Shown here piece by piece: positions 26,301-38,378 of a stretch of 64,000 bases of DNA (the first letter of the stretch is position 1; each line of letters opens with the position of its first letter). The DNA is from Mytilus edulis (Eukaryota). The stretch spans positions 88,350,001 to 88,414,000 of the forward strand of contig NC_092351.1 of assembly GCF_963676685.1 (NCBI RefSeq), given 5' to 3'. The position numbers were made by a program, and so were the translations under genes. The notes beneath the pieces are model-generated. The model had not been told where the DNA came from. It saw only the letters and a list, made by a program, of their open reading frames with translations, and did no database searches.

Positions 26301-29134
26301 AGATGCCTTTTAACGCATTAATTGACACAAAAAGAACAGGTACGGATAATGGTCAATAAGATGCAAAATGAGAATTCTGGTCACATCACCAAAAAGTTAT
26401 CAATATATATAGATGATCGTTAAATCACCTTCTTTCAATTCTTAATCATTATAGGTTGAGTGAAATGATGGGAAAACAGCTGAAAAATAACAACCCTGCA
26501 ATTACAGACCTTAGTGATCCAGATAGACCATTAAGTCTGGTAGAGAAATTCTCTAATGTATATGATAATGAATGGACGGACACAATTGAAGAAATAGAGC
26601 AAGTGACAGGAAATGAGAAAGCAGCAACAAAAATACTTCTCACTGTTGTAATAGTAAGTATTACCATATTAATTACACCTGTTTGTACATGTATATATTT
26701 GGGCAGTCTATTTAAAAGAATGTGTTCTTGTTTGAACGTTAATTTGTCTTGAGTTTATTGTAAAAGAGAATCGAAAGGTTACAAAGGGACATTTAAACTC
26801 GAAAAAAAACTGACAACGCCATGGCAAAAAACGAAAAACGACGATACGGTTCTCAAAACACACTTTTGTTACAGAAAGAGGATATGCAGACATAGAAGTT
26901 GGTGTAAAATATATGAAATGTGGAATTCTGTAATAATTGCATTTGTTGTAGAATAAAAGACGCATGTTTAATGATCTGCGCGTATACACACGTATATGGT
27001 GGTATTTGCTTCAATTGTACATAGCAGTTGTAGTCATATATATTTACATTGGGTATTCATAATTGGTTGATTGTTGAATGTTAACGTCCAATTACACATA
27101 TTTTAAAAACAAACGAGTCCTTATCGTTTGGTTTAACCACTTGTTCATCAGTGAACGTCTTATGAGGACAGTTGTCGGTTTGTACGTTGAAGCATCGATG
27201 ATACATTTTATCAGAAAACTTACACATGGACATGGACTCTTTATGCAAAATATAGTCATCTTATGTTTACATTTTTCCGGCTGTCTTTCGTTAAATTATC
27301 ATTTGATTTCCCCCCTGATTGGTCAATTCTATGACATTCTATTACATTGTAGGAAACATACTTAGAATGCTTCGATCTGCGACACAAAGGAAATTGTGCG
27401 CTGGAGCTGAAAAACAGAGGTGCTAGTGTGCAAATAAAGGTGAGCTATGAAAGCACAATGATTTAAATTCGTTATGCTCATGTCTGAAATTCAATCAGAT
27501 TAAAAGAGAAATATTGCGAAACCTTTTAAGGGCATCATTGCAAAACAACTTCAGACCTTTAACGTAAATCAATGTACTCTGTCGTGATTCTCCCTTAAAG
27601 AATTATAAATAATATCATTAGTACTTTTGGCATTTGTCCTCAATCTTTTGTTATTAGTTCTTTTTCATATGCTCTTTTGACATTATTATGTCTCACGGTC
27701 AACGAAGGGAGACACTTTATTTTGCCTTAATTGTTTTCTCTTCTTGAACGGTCTATACATTTTTATTTTCTGACATTGGATTATGATATTTGGCATGATC
27801 GAAGGTTCAATACCAGTGTGTGGCATATCGCCATGATCAAGTTCAAATTTGGGTTGTGTCACTTTGAATGTTCTTGAGATAAGAAGATGGTCTTTCATTG
27901 ACACATTCTACATTTATTTTTCTTACAAGAAATATACACCAAGAGTTACTTGAACGAATTTTTCAAAATAAAAAAGAATAAGCACAGAAATTTACAACTA
28001 TAGGTCACGGTACGGCGTACGGCCTTCAACAATGAGCAAATCGCATACCGCATAGTCAGCTATAATATTATAAGGTTTTCATTTCAGGTTAATGAAATAG
28101 CAGATGAATATAAAATTCAATTGAAAAAAATGAAATCCAATCAGCTGCAATATCTCAAACAGGTAAAAAAAACATAAATTACCATTCTCAATTCTATTTA
28201 CTCGTATTTATCAAATTTGTTTCCTATCAATTATATTTTCTATGTTAATTTATGGCAAACAAAAAACAAGATATTTTTAAAACAGAAAAAAAATAATTTG
28301 GCATGAAAAAACAAGTTTTACTTAAAATTTAAATTTTTGTTCATTATATTTAACATTATGATTAAATCCGTGGTCAATATTTTTTAACGTTTACATCCAT
28401 GGTAGATATTTTAATGATTCAATTTGTGATTAATATTTTAATGATTACATCCGTGTTAAACTTTTTAATGATTTCATCTGTGGAAAAATTTAAACGATTA
28501 CATCTGCGGTAAAAAAAAAATAATAATTTACAACTATGGTTAAATTTAAATGATTACATCTGCAGTTACATTTTAATAATTATATCTGTGGTTACATTTA
28601 CTGATTACATCTTTGACGACATTTAAATGATTACATCTGCGGTTACATTGTAATGATTACATCTGTGGTTACATTTAAATGATTACATTTGCGGTTACAT
28701 TTTAATGGTTACATCTGTGGTTACATTTACTGATTACATCTTTGATGACATTTTAATGATTACAGGGCATTATGCAGAAAATCGCCAAGAGCGTTGATGG
28801 TAAAGTACTGTCACGTATTTCCCAATCAGAGAAACAGTACTTTGAGAAATGCCTAGAGTTGTGTTGGATCATGGTTTGTCATTCTCCGCCTATTCACCTT
28901 GATTGGGAGTATAAAGGTCATCCATTCGACCTTCAGATTTTAAGACCATTCACAGAGTCAGGAGATGTCGTTGATTACATAATTTGGCCCGTAATGTTTT
29001 TACATAAAGATGGACCATTGTTATGCAAGGGAGTAGCACAGGGTCGAAGTAGCAATCATTATAAACAGGGGCGAAGTAGTAGCCAAAAACATAATCAGGG
29101 ACGAAGTAATAGTAGCCAGCATACCCAATTTTAG
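17321..29134 (+). CDS. MIEAP (mitochondria-eating protein C-terminal) domain coiled-coil protein; join(17321-17403, 20103-20292, 22013-22083, 22450-22542, 23431-23499, 24070-24117, 24613-24684, 25999-26043, 26455-26653, 27353-27439, 28088-28162, 28766-29134), about 466 aa
   Basis: All 11 introns are GT-AG and phase-compatible (1401 nt). Family motifs RLSEMMGKQLKNNNPAITDLSDPDRPLSLVEKFSNVYDNEWTD and YFEKCLELCWIMVCHSPP..FD..GDVVDYIIWPVMFLHKDGPLLCKGVAQG. N-terminal exons are less certain. Confidence 0.88.
18722..19938 (+). mobile_element. Helentron-associated non-autonomous element (HINE/DINE-1-like)
   Basis: 5' tttttagctaacct, (gtc)n microsatellite, duplicated internal block, 3' aggtgagcgacacgggctcttgagaatctccagtt. 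Relatives at about 43044-44130 and 63857-64000(-). Confidence 0.7.
19083..19196. repeat. 24-bp tandem repeat (about 4.7 copies) with alternating variants
   Basis: ctctgaat(t/c)ggtaattttcagcaa at 19083, 19107, 19131, 19155, 19179. Confidence 0.95.
20410..20631 (-). mobile_element. tRNA-derived SINE, 5' truncated
   Basis: Minus strand ...agcatgggttcgatcccggcgagggaagaac (B-box and T-arm-like head) followed by non-tRNA body. Confidence 0.55.
20871..20965. repeat. 46-bp direct duplication
   Basis: aatgtgaccagggaaaaagcagctgcaatttaatattttggacttt x2. Confidence 0.9.
21666..21888. mobile_element. MITE with TA target duplication (Tc1/mariner-type)
   Basis: ta|cagcaaaatgcattgagtgtgtaggtaaagg ... cctttacctacacactcaatgcaatttactg|ta. 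Confidence 0.75.
25516..25845. mobile_element. MITE with long (about 55-60 bp) near-perfect terminal inverted repeats
   Basis: attcaaaacagtgtggtcctggccattgattgacgacctaaattatcccattgactg is mirrored at about 25789-25845. Confidence 0.85.
28355..28765 (+). repeat. About 26-bp degenerate minisatellite (ttttaatgattacatctgtggttaca) ending at the last MIEAP splice acceptor
   Basis: Roughly 15 units; the final unit reads ttttaatgattacAG|exon. Confidence 0.9.
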
Positions 29135-32095
29135 TACATTCAATTTTATAAATATTTGTATATATGCATGTAGGTACATTTTAGCTGCCTGGGTTGGTGA
29201 ACAACAGATGGCAAAATACTCGGTACTGTATTTATGAGATTTGTATCTCGTGACTTGCCATTTTTAATAATTCAATTGCATTAACCTACCGTTGTGTCGT
29301 TTATATTCAATATACGGAGAGTCAATAATTTTTCCGTCATATTCAAAAATAAAAGTTTCACGTGTTTTTCATAACTTCCTGTGGCGAATATTTTAGAATA
29401 TTTTGTGTAACTTCGTGAAAAATTATACAGATATTGAATGTATCTCATTTTGGCACGAATTTTGGGTTATCTTATACAACAATGACAATCTAAGATTACA
29501 CATCAAATTTTGAAATAAAAAAAGACCCAAAGTATACAAAAGAGGTGCAAAAGATACCATAGGGGCATTCAAACTCATAATCTAAAAATAAACTGATAAC
29601 GCCATGGTTAAAAAAGACAAAGACAAACTGACAACAATAGTAAACAAAACACAACAAAGAAGAATAAAGACTATTAGTAATCAAAACGAACCCCACCAAA
29701 AACTGGGCCAGTGGGTGCTCTCAGGTGCTCCGGGAGGGTAGGTAGATCCTGCTCCACATGTGGTAACTGTCCTGTTGCTCGTGTAAGTACAGACCCGGTA
29801 CCTGTATGTTACATTCGAGAAAAGGGGAACGGGATTGGGATTGTAGTTACGACATAAGTTGACAACTTTTCTTTTTACACAAACTGATGGCAAATGAATG
29901 TGAAAAATTCAACTATTTTCGGACAACTGTTTACGAAGCATAAGCATTGGTATTTTTGATTTTTACTATCCATAATATGTATAAGTCGTTAAAATGGAGT
30001 CAATGTTGTCGACTCGCTATAGAAATAAGCAAACAATTATGTTTGCCATATGGTGTTTTCATTTACATTTTATTTTATTTTGTTTTATTTGCTGTAAAAT
30101 GTTAAGCTATGCATTTTGCATGGATTAAGGCATTAACAAAATGATTTGTGAAAACTGAACTCCTTAAGTAAGGTCTAAGTAATAGTTGACTTTTTGTCAG
30201 TGTCTTTCTTAATCTCAGAGTAGCTAAGCTTTTACAAAAAGCACATTACAAAGGACTATTAAAACAATAAAAAAGATCGACTTCTCGATTGTAAATACCG
30301 ACCACTTTATTTGGCAGCAGGCACAATTCTAGATTGATTCATAAAGCATTTCACCCCTCTTCAGCGAATAATATAACATGCTGGCGAGTCACGAAACCAC
30401 GTCAGCCATTAATATAACAGAGAATGCTTACTTTTTTCCGTGAAATGTCGTTAGCTAGTGATAAATTGAAGAACGATGCCTAAAACCAGTTATTCATTAG
30501 TATAAGTAGTACTAGTATGTCATTCATGCAGATGGTTGTTTTCATGTGTTGTGAAATAGTCATTTCAAGTATCATGTGCCCGGAAATGACGTCGTGAAGT
30601 GAGTGTAGTTTTGTCCTAACCTACATGTAAAGATCGAATTAGCTTTTGTGGCGTTTTGTGCAATATGCAATTTAAAAATACTGTTGAAAGTTTATCATCC
30701 ATTTAAAATTCACGCAGAAAAACATCGTGTTGCACTCAGCAGAGGGAGATGAATGAGTTTCTCCATTCTCACCTTGAGATTCTCCTTTCTCACTTGAGAT
30801 TATCCTTTCTCATCTCGAGATTCTCCTTTCTCGTCTTTTCCCCCCTTTTTCTTGGTACATGTAAACTACCTGGTCATTGACAGGAACACAGATGTTCCTG
30901 TGTTATTCAGGAGGTTTGAACACATTATTTTTCTGTGTTGAATTACGATATATTTGAACGTAGAACACCGGGTCAGTAGACGAATCAATCATCGGCAATA
31001 ATAATAGAAACGGAAAACTCCGACAACCCAATATCAAGATGTATAATCATCGTTCAAGCAAAGGCAGACTTTTATAATGTCGAGTATTGATCGATATATA
31101 GGTTCTTACAATGCTGGAGATGAATGAAAGAAACATATTTAATATACGGGAATCTTTTTATAAAATCTAGGTTATAGTTCTGTGCCATACTCGCCGATCT
31201 TTAACTGGATGGTGGAATGAACTTTCAAAGGTGTTTTCATACTTTTTGTAATTGTACATTTCATCGGGGATTTTTTTTTTAATTGAACCACACTGTATGT
31301 ATTGTTGTTTGTGTATCGTGTATTCAGTGCATTTGTAGAAAATTGTAGTCTAGTAATTTTAAAATTGTGAAAATATGTACTAAATGATTATTAAAAGCAA
31401 TTTAACAAATAATCATTATTTATCTAAACCACTGAACAACGTTACCTTCACAGATCTTCACAGGAACTGAAACCTAATGGAAAGTCTTGAAAATAAACTG
31501 TTTAAAAGTATGGAAAAGGTGAAAGTCGTAGTATACATTGAACAAAATTTTACAAGCAGTTGTTTTTGTCCTTATATTATATATGCAGCATTGTTGAAGA
31601 CCATACAGTGACCCATTATAATTATGGGTCACTGTATTTATCACTAGTTGTTTGGTCTCTGGTGGAGGGTTGTCTCATTGGCGATCTCACAATATCGTTT
31701 TATTTCTAAATACAATGTTAACCAAAGAAGCATAAATAACACAAGTAGCTTTAAAGAAAAACCTCCAAGAACCGAGCATTGTCAATTTTCACACGTATCA
31801 TTGGTTAGACTTGACATATATGTTATTATGTTTCATACAAATGATTAAAAATCATCGAAGAAAGTAAGTTTTACAAACTCAGTACTAATTTGAGCAGACA
31901 GAACTCTATTAACCACTAATCCTTGATGTATCTATCGTCTGCCATTTTAACTTTTCTATGTTATTCTATATAAATTTGCATGGTCTTTTTTAGGGAAAAA
32001 AAATAATTCCATCATTCTTTACGACACATATTTACACAATCAATTATGATTTGTACACCAACAATGTTCCAGAAACCAAAAGACCAACACAAGAT

Positions 32096-35000
32096 TTATT
32101 TATCACTTAGGAAGTCAAATCGCGACCTGAAGACTTCACCTGTATTTTTCTCCTTAGCTTCAACAACCAATTCCGTACCACCGAACTCGATTCTGACCTG
32201 AATATTGTTCCCGGATGTAACTTCCGAACTTATGTTGATCATCATTTCTCCAAGAAGTTTACAGCTATCATCAATGACATGTTTCGGATCTTTCATGCTT
32301 GAAGTGTAAACACGAACTCTATTATTCTGACCTTTGGCACTGAAGGGCATAGAATGTTCATCGCCTTTGTTGATTGGTTGACCCTTTTCCACAAATTTGT
32401 GAAATACGTCACGACACAACACAGCACTACCAGACGCAAACCGCAATTCCTCAGGATCGCCTTTAGTAAATAGTCTGCTAATGCCTATTCCGTACGTCAT
32501 ACGACTAACTCGAACAGATATAAGTTTCGGGCGATGTCCGAACAAGACGGCACCTTTCAGAACCGCTAAACCAGCATCTTGAGGCACGATCACCTTATGC
32601 TTTGGAAATCGTGCCTTGATTGTTTCCTGAACGATCGGAGACTCGGAGAACCCTCCAACTAACAAGAAAATATTTGTATCTTTAGCAACCGGTTGATTTA
32701 ATATTTCTCTGATGTGTTCAACAAGATGTTCCAGGGGATCCCGAAAGAAACCCTTCAATAATTCTGAGTCAATTTTCAGCTTGTCAGCAGTTTGGGAAAC
32801 ACGGTTAACATACATCGATTGCTCAATTGCTTCCTTAAGAGTCTTGCCCTTCAATACAGTATACGTTTCAATAAGTGCCGATGGCAGTTTAATATATGTA
32901 TTTTTGCTCATGCCTTCTTTAACTGTTCTCTTTTTTACTTCGAACTCCCTTCCCATATCGAAATGGTCCGAGGCATTTCTTTTCTGAAATTCGGCATACA
33001 CGTCTTCTTCAACTATATCTATTAAAAGTTGTTCAAACGCTTGGTCTACTTTGATTCCTCCCCACGCGCCGCCGCTCGCACTGTGGAGTTCCTTCAAAGT
33101 ACCGTCTTCTGCAACCTGGTGAATTGTTATATCAGCAGTGCCACCTGTGATAAGAAATGTCAAAATTTGTTGAAACAAGGATCTTGAAAATACATTTTAG
33201 TTTTCCTTAAATAGCCCAAAGTTACACTGCATTGTCGGATGGGTGATGTTCTTTATGGAGATACGTCAAAAGATAAACTTTGTGGTATCCGTTCCATACA
33301 TGAAGTTCTTGATTGTTTTTTTCCTTGCTCGAAACTAAATTTAACAAATTACCAGCACATACCGATAAAACGAAAAAGGGGTGTAACTTGTCCATTCGTT
33401 TTTTATGTGTTTTGTCATTTCATTTTGTCATGTGATTATGGACTTTCCGATTAGATTTTCCTCTAAGTTCAGTACTTTTGTGATTTTACTTTTTAAAGCT
33501 TTTTTTTTTATATATGTAGGGAATTGCCAAAGCCGTGTTAGCATTACAAATGACGTTTTATAAGAGATTAGTTAGTCAATAGTTATCTGAATTTAGAATG
33601 GTTTTGGAATTATGATGCACCAATATGCCGAATACCCCCAAAAATGTCAAAGGTTACAGACCTTATGGATAGTCAAAACACGAAAAATATCCCCTATCAA
33701 TCAATTTATCGAACTTGAAGGGGAAGGGTAAGATCAGAGTTTAGCTGTTTTATGCTTATCTTGATGACTTATAGATTTTACATGTAGCTTTGATTTTATT
33801 CACCAAAGTATAATCATAAAATAAATGTGTTTATGTTTAAGTCATAAATTCTAAATTGTTCATAAACTACTGACCTCCAAGATCTACAACCATGTATTTT
33901 GACCCGGATGTGAATATGCTTTGTCCAGAGGCGTCTGAGGTATATCTACACAAAACCGAGGCTGCTTCTGGTTCAAGGGCTACCAGCAGTTGGTCATTAA
34001 ATATGTCTGCCTGGAATGTAAAAGCAAGATTTAGTTTAGTACCAATTCAAAAACTTCTTAAAACCTCCAAAAATTGCATTTCTTTTTGTCCGAAGCAATG
34101 TTATATTATATAAAAAAGAAGATGTGGTATGATTGCCAATGAGACAACTATCCACAAAAGACCAAAATGACACACGGACATTAACAACTATATGTCACTA
34201 TACGGCCTTCAACAATGATCAATGCCCATACCGCATAGTCAGCTATAAAAGGCCCCGATAAGACAATGTAAACAATTCAAACGAGAAAACTAACGGCCTT
34301 ATATTAGCATTCTTTTTTCATATTCTAAATATACAAAACAAGTAGGGATAATTCACTAAAGATGTCCTAGTTTTCTTTCTCACTGTATCGGCAAAAACCT
34401 TAAAGGTCTAATGTTTTTAATATCAATGATTGTTTTTAACGGAGTTTTTTTTTTATAAAATACTTTGGGTTGAGGTATTAAAACGGATTTATATATTTTT
34501 TTCTTGTTTCAGAATCCCTATATTTCTGTTGTATATTTGTCATTTAAAAAAGAACCCATTGTTAATAAACCTATTGCGTTAAGCTGTGCAATTTTGGTCA
34601 AGGATTTAAAGTGTAAAAGTGTTCATTTTTTAAAATGAAAAGCAATTCAGGACTGACTGTAATATTTTTTCTGTCTATGAAGAAACAACATAAAAAAGTG
34701 GTGCACACTAAATAACGCGCGTAGTGGGTTATTTTATAGAGTGCATCTATTTTTTTTTTATGTTATTTCGAATAGATAGAAACAAAATTACAGTCAGTCC
34801 TTATAATTTAGTTCTAAATTCCATTTAAAGCCCGAATAGTCATGAAAAAAAAAACGTTGACGACGTCACGGTTACATGACAAAATCATGTCTATGAGCTG
34901 ATAGACAAACCACCGTCACCAATCAGATGACGCGTTACATACACAACTGAATTATTTCTGTATGAATGTAAACCTTACACGTTGTGCAGCTTCTCTCATA

Positions 35001-36053
35001 AATTGTTTGGCAGCGTCAGTCCAAATTGCAGGAACCGTTATAACCCATTGGACTTCATTTTCATCTATCTCCATTCCTGCACGTTTGAAATTCTCTAGCG
35101 CGTGGTTCTTCAGAAAAGCTATACCATGTCCAAAGACTGCCTTCGCTTGAACCTCTTCTCCATTTGCTGCTGCAATCTTGGTATCTCTGTTCAAACCCTG
35201 AAATTATAGAACATAGCGAAAATTAAGGGGGTACATCTTGACTAAAATTAGTTTTGCTCAGTTATTTTTTACGTCATTTCTAGTGTTACTAACGGATCCC
35301 GACATCCCTAAATACGAAAAAAGAATTCCCGGATCCCGAAAGGGTCGATTCCGAAATCCCGAGCTTAAAGACACCCGATCCCGGAATCCCGATAAAGGTC
35401 CTTTCCCCCTCTTGGAACAAACATAAAAAAAATATGGATTTTACCCATTGTTTAAGGCCGTATGGTGACATATCATAGTTGTTAAATTCTGTGTCATTTA
35501 TTCTCTTGATGAGAGTTGTCTCTTAAGCAAGCATACCACATCTTATTGTCATACTGACCTGGTGCAATCTGCACAACAATAGCATGGGAACATCAAACGA
35601 ACTTGTTGTATTGGCTTTGTCAATGTTAAAGGCCGTATGGTGACATAGTTGTTAATTTCTGTTTCAATTGGTTTCTTGTGGAAAGCTGTCTCATTGAACA
35701 TCATACCACATCTTATTTCTATGTTGGCCACTTACCGGATTCCTATGCAGTAACATTTTAAATCTTCGAAAGAAGAGATAATCATTGTGTTCGTTTTCCA
35801 GAGCCAGTTCAGTGTACTGATTCTCTGCATCATATCCAAATGCGACAAATTCTCTATCCTTGTTTAGGAGGAGACACGTTGGTGCCTTCAGAGACATCAA
35901 TGCTGCTGCACCAGCATTCCATACTTGGTTTGTTTTTATATTACTCAAAGGTTCTTTTATGAAGTCCGAGGTTAACTGAAATGAATATCCGGAATACGTG
36001 GTTCCGAAATCTATAGCACACACGAGTAGTCTACCATGAGTAATGTCCGACAT
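32096..36053 (-). CDS. HSPA12: Heat shock 70 kDa protein 12-like, copy 2; join(36053-35736, 35197-34979, 34010-33875, 33144-32096), 573 aa
   Basis: CAIDFGTTYSGY, WVITVPAIWTDAAKQFMREAA, LEPEAASVLC, DLG|GGTADIT, LVGGFSES. GT-AG introns in phases 0,0,1; 1722 nt in frame. Acceptor at 36092-36093 upstream of the ATG. Confidence 0.95.
34649..34801. repeat. About 150-bp imperfect palindrome (hairpin element) in an intron
   Basis: aggactgactgtaat ... attacagtcagtcct arms with inner gtgcac/aaataac symmetry. Confidence 0.75.
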
Positions 36054-36593
36054 TTTGTCCTAAACTATTTTTAATTGGATATCACAAGCTTCTGAAAGAC
36101 AAAGTAAAGTAGGTTCTTTATTTGTAATTTCTAAATTAGAATGAGAATGGAAATGGGGTATATGTCAAAGAGAAAACAACCCGACCAAAGAGCAGACAAC
36201 AGTCGAAAGTTACCAATGTCACCAATGGGTCCAACGCAAAAAGAAAATCACGCACCTGAAAGTGGGCCTCAGCTGGCCACTAAATATAAATGTGTACCAG
36301 TTTAGTGAAAAGGGGCGTCGTACTACACCGCAAAACATATAAATGAACTAAAATTTAAACAAAAAAGATACAAATCTAACAAAGGCCATAGGCCCCTGAC
36401 TTGGGACAGGCGCAAAACAACGGCGGGGTTAAACATGTTTTTTTGAGATCTCAACCCTCTCCTACACATCTAGCCTAATATATACATTAAAGAAACACAC
36501 AACAATACGCACAGTAAAACTCAGTTCAAAAGAAGTCCGAGTCCCATGCCAGAATAGGTAGCAAAATAAACTAATTAAAATGGCAATGATATA

Positions 36594-37988
36594 CAGGGCC
36601 GTAAATAGCCCTTTTAATACTGAGGCAAAATATATTTATAATAAAAAAATTTGGCGAGGGGTCTGGGGGCCGCTTAAGGACTCTTTCTTACATAAAAACG
36701 CAAATCATTTTTAGCTATTTTTTCGACAATATTCTGGTCTCAAAGCAAAAACATAGATTCATTTTTATTTAAGACTTTAAAGTTTTAGGGAAATTCAAAA
36801 CATTAAAAGACCGATATGTAGAATAAAGCAAAAATCGTAATTCTCATAATCATTAATACCGGATCTGTCTGTCTGTTCTTGTCTTGTATTGTGCTGACTT
36901 GAAATTTTTTATGACTAGATTTAAATATAGTGACAGTCAATAGTGCAGTAATATACGTTAAATACTAGTACTACTCAAGTCGACACTAGGGACCAAATAT
37001 ACCTTGTTTTACGGTATTTATGATTCTTTCATTATTGAAGACCCTCCAGCAACTATCAAGATGAAGAACAGGAATAAAAACTTTGACCATTAATCATTTG
37101 TATTTTTTTTTTTCTACATTGACATTGTGTGCGATTAGCTCCCGTGCACGTGTACTTCATATTCCTTTATTTTCTGTTAAATGGTCTGAACACGACTTTT
37201 AAAATGCAAATTTAACTCTTGAATGTAAAAGGTCATATGGCAATACATTGATGTTTTTTTTCAACAAATGATTTGATACCGGGAAATTGATGGTCTTACT
37301 TTAATTTAAACCATGTCAGATGTCAGCTATATCTAGTTTCATCCACATGCGCTTGGGTATATGATACAGTTTTTTTTTTTTTTTTTTTTTTTATTAAGAT
37401 ATTCAATTTTCTAAATGTATAATACATATCTATCACTTCTGTGCATATCTCATCTATAGAAAATACCTAATTTTGCAATCCATACTAAGAAAAATTGGGT
37501 ATGGTTTAATATACAAGAAAGGCAGTTTCGTATTCTTTGATATCAAGTTCAATTTTCCATGCAGAAACGACCACTTGTTTCTGTGTCTATGCAGTAGCAT
37601 CGTATATTCTTAAAATATTTTCTCACATAATGCCTGGACATCGGTGGACATGCAACATTACACAGTGTGACACGTTTACAAATGAAAATCAACACTCAGA
37701 CTAGTCATTAAGTAGGACAATAAATGAACAAAAGACAAAACCCGGGACACAGAAGTACAAACAATAGACCATCAACTCAAAAAATCAAAAGTAAAATAGA
37801 AACATGGAATACGAAAAATATGCAGGGGCGACATCAGAGAGTGAAGAGAACTTGCTTCTTGCAAGACACTTTCAGTGAAAACAATTTGATATGAAGACAA
37901 TCATATGAAGACAAACTAGCTTTTGTTTAAGGTTGTTTTTTTTTAATTTTAAACATGAGGCATTTTCCTCAATGTAGTTACGGCCCTG
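36594..37988. mobile_element. hAT-like non-autonomous element inserted in a dispersed repeat (host about 36130-38210)
   Basis: TIRs cagggccgta...tacggccctg; the host repeat resumes on both sides and matches the 61915-62573 element in reverse; TSD not clean. Confidence 0.65.
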
Positions 37989-38378
37989 ATATATCAATTA
38001 ACAAAGGACTACAAGCAGCCTAGTTACCGACATGCCAGCTCCAGACCTCAAAATAAACTGATTGAAAGAATATGTCTTTATCATATGAAAATCAAGTACA
38101 ATAGTTAGGGGTTTAGTATCGTATCATCATAAAATATATGAGAACATAAACCGTTTCATGTCAACAACTGGTTTTTAGATGAAAAATGTGTTTATTTCCC
38201 ATGCAAACATATACTTCCTTTAGTAACAATTATATGCTTTTTAAACTTGAGACTGAAAAGCTATAAATAGGAAGTTAAAAACGCCCGAAGAAATAAAGGA
38301 CTAATTACTAGAATGCATACATATATGTGTTCAACAAACTTACATAAACCCAAATAAATTTTATAGAATATTTACTAA

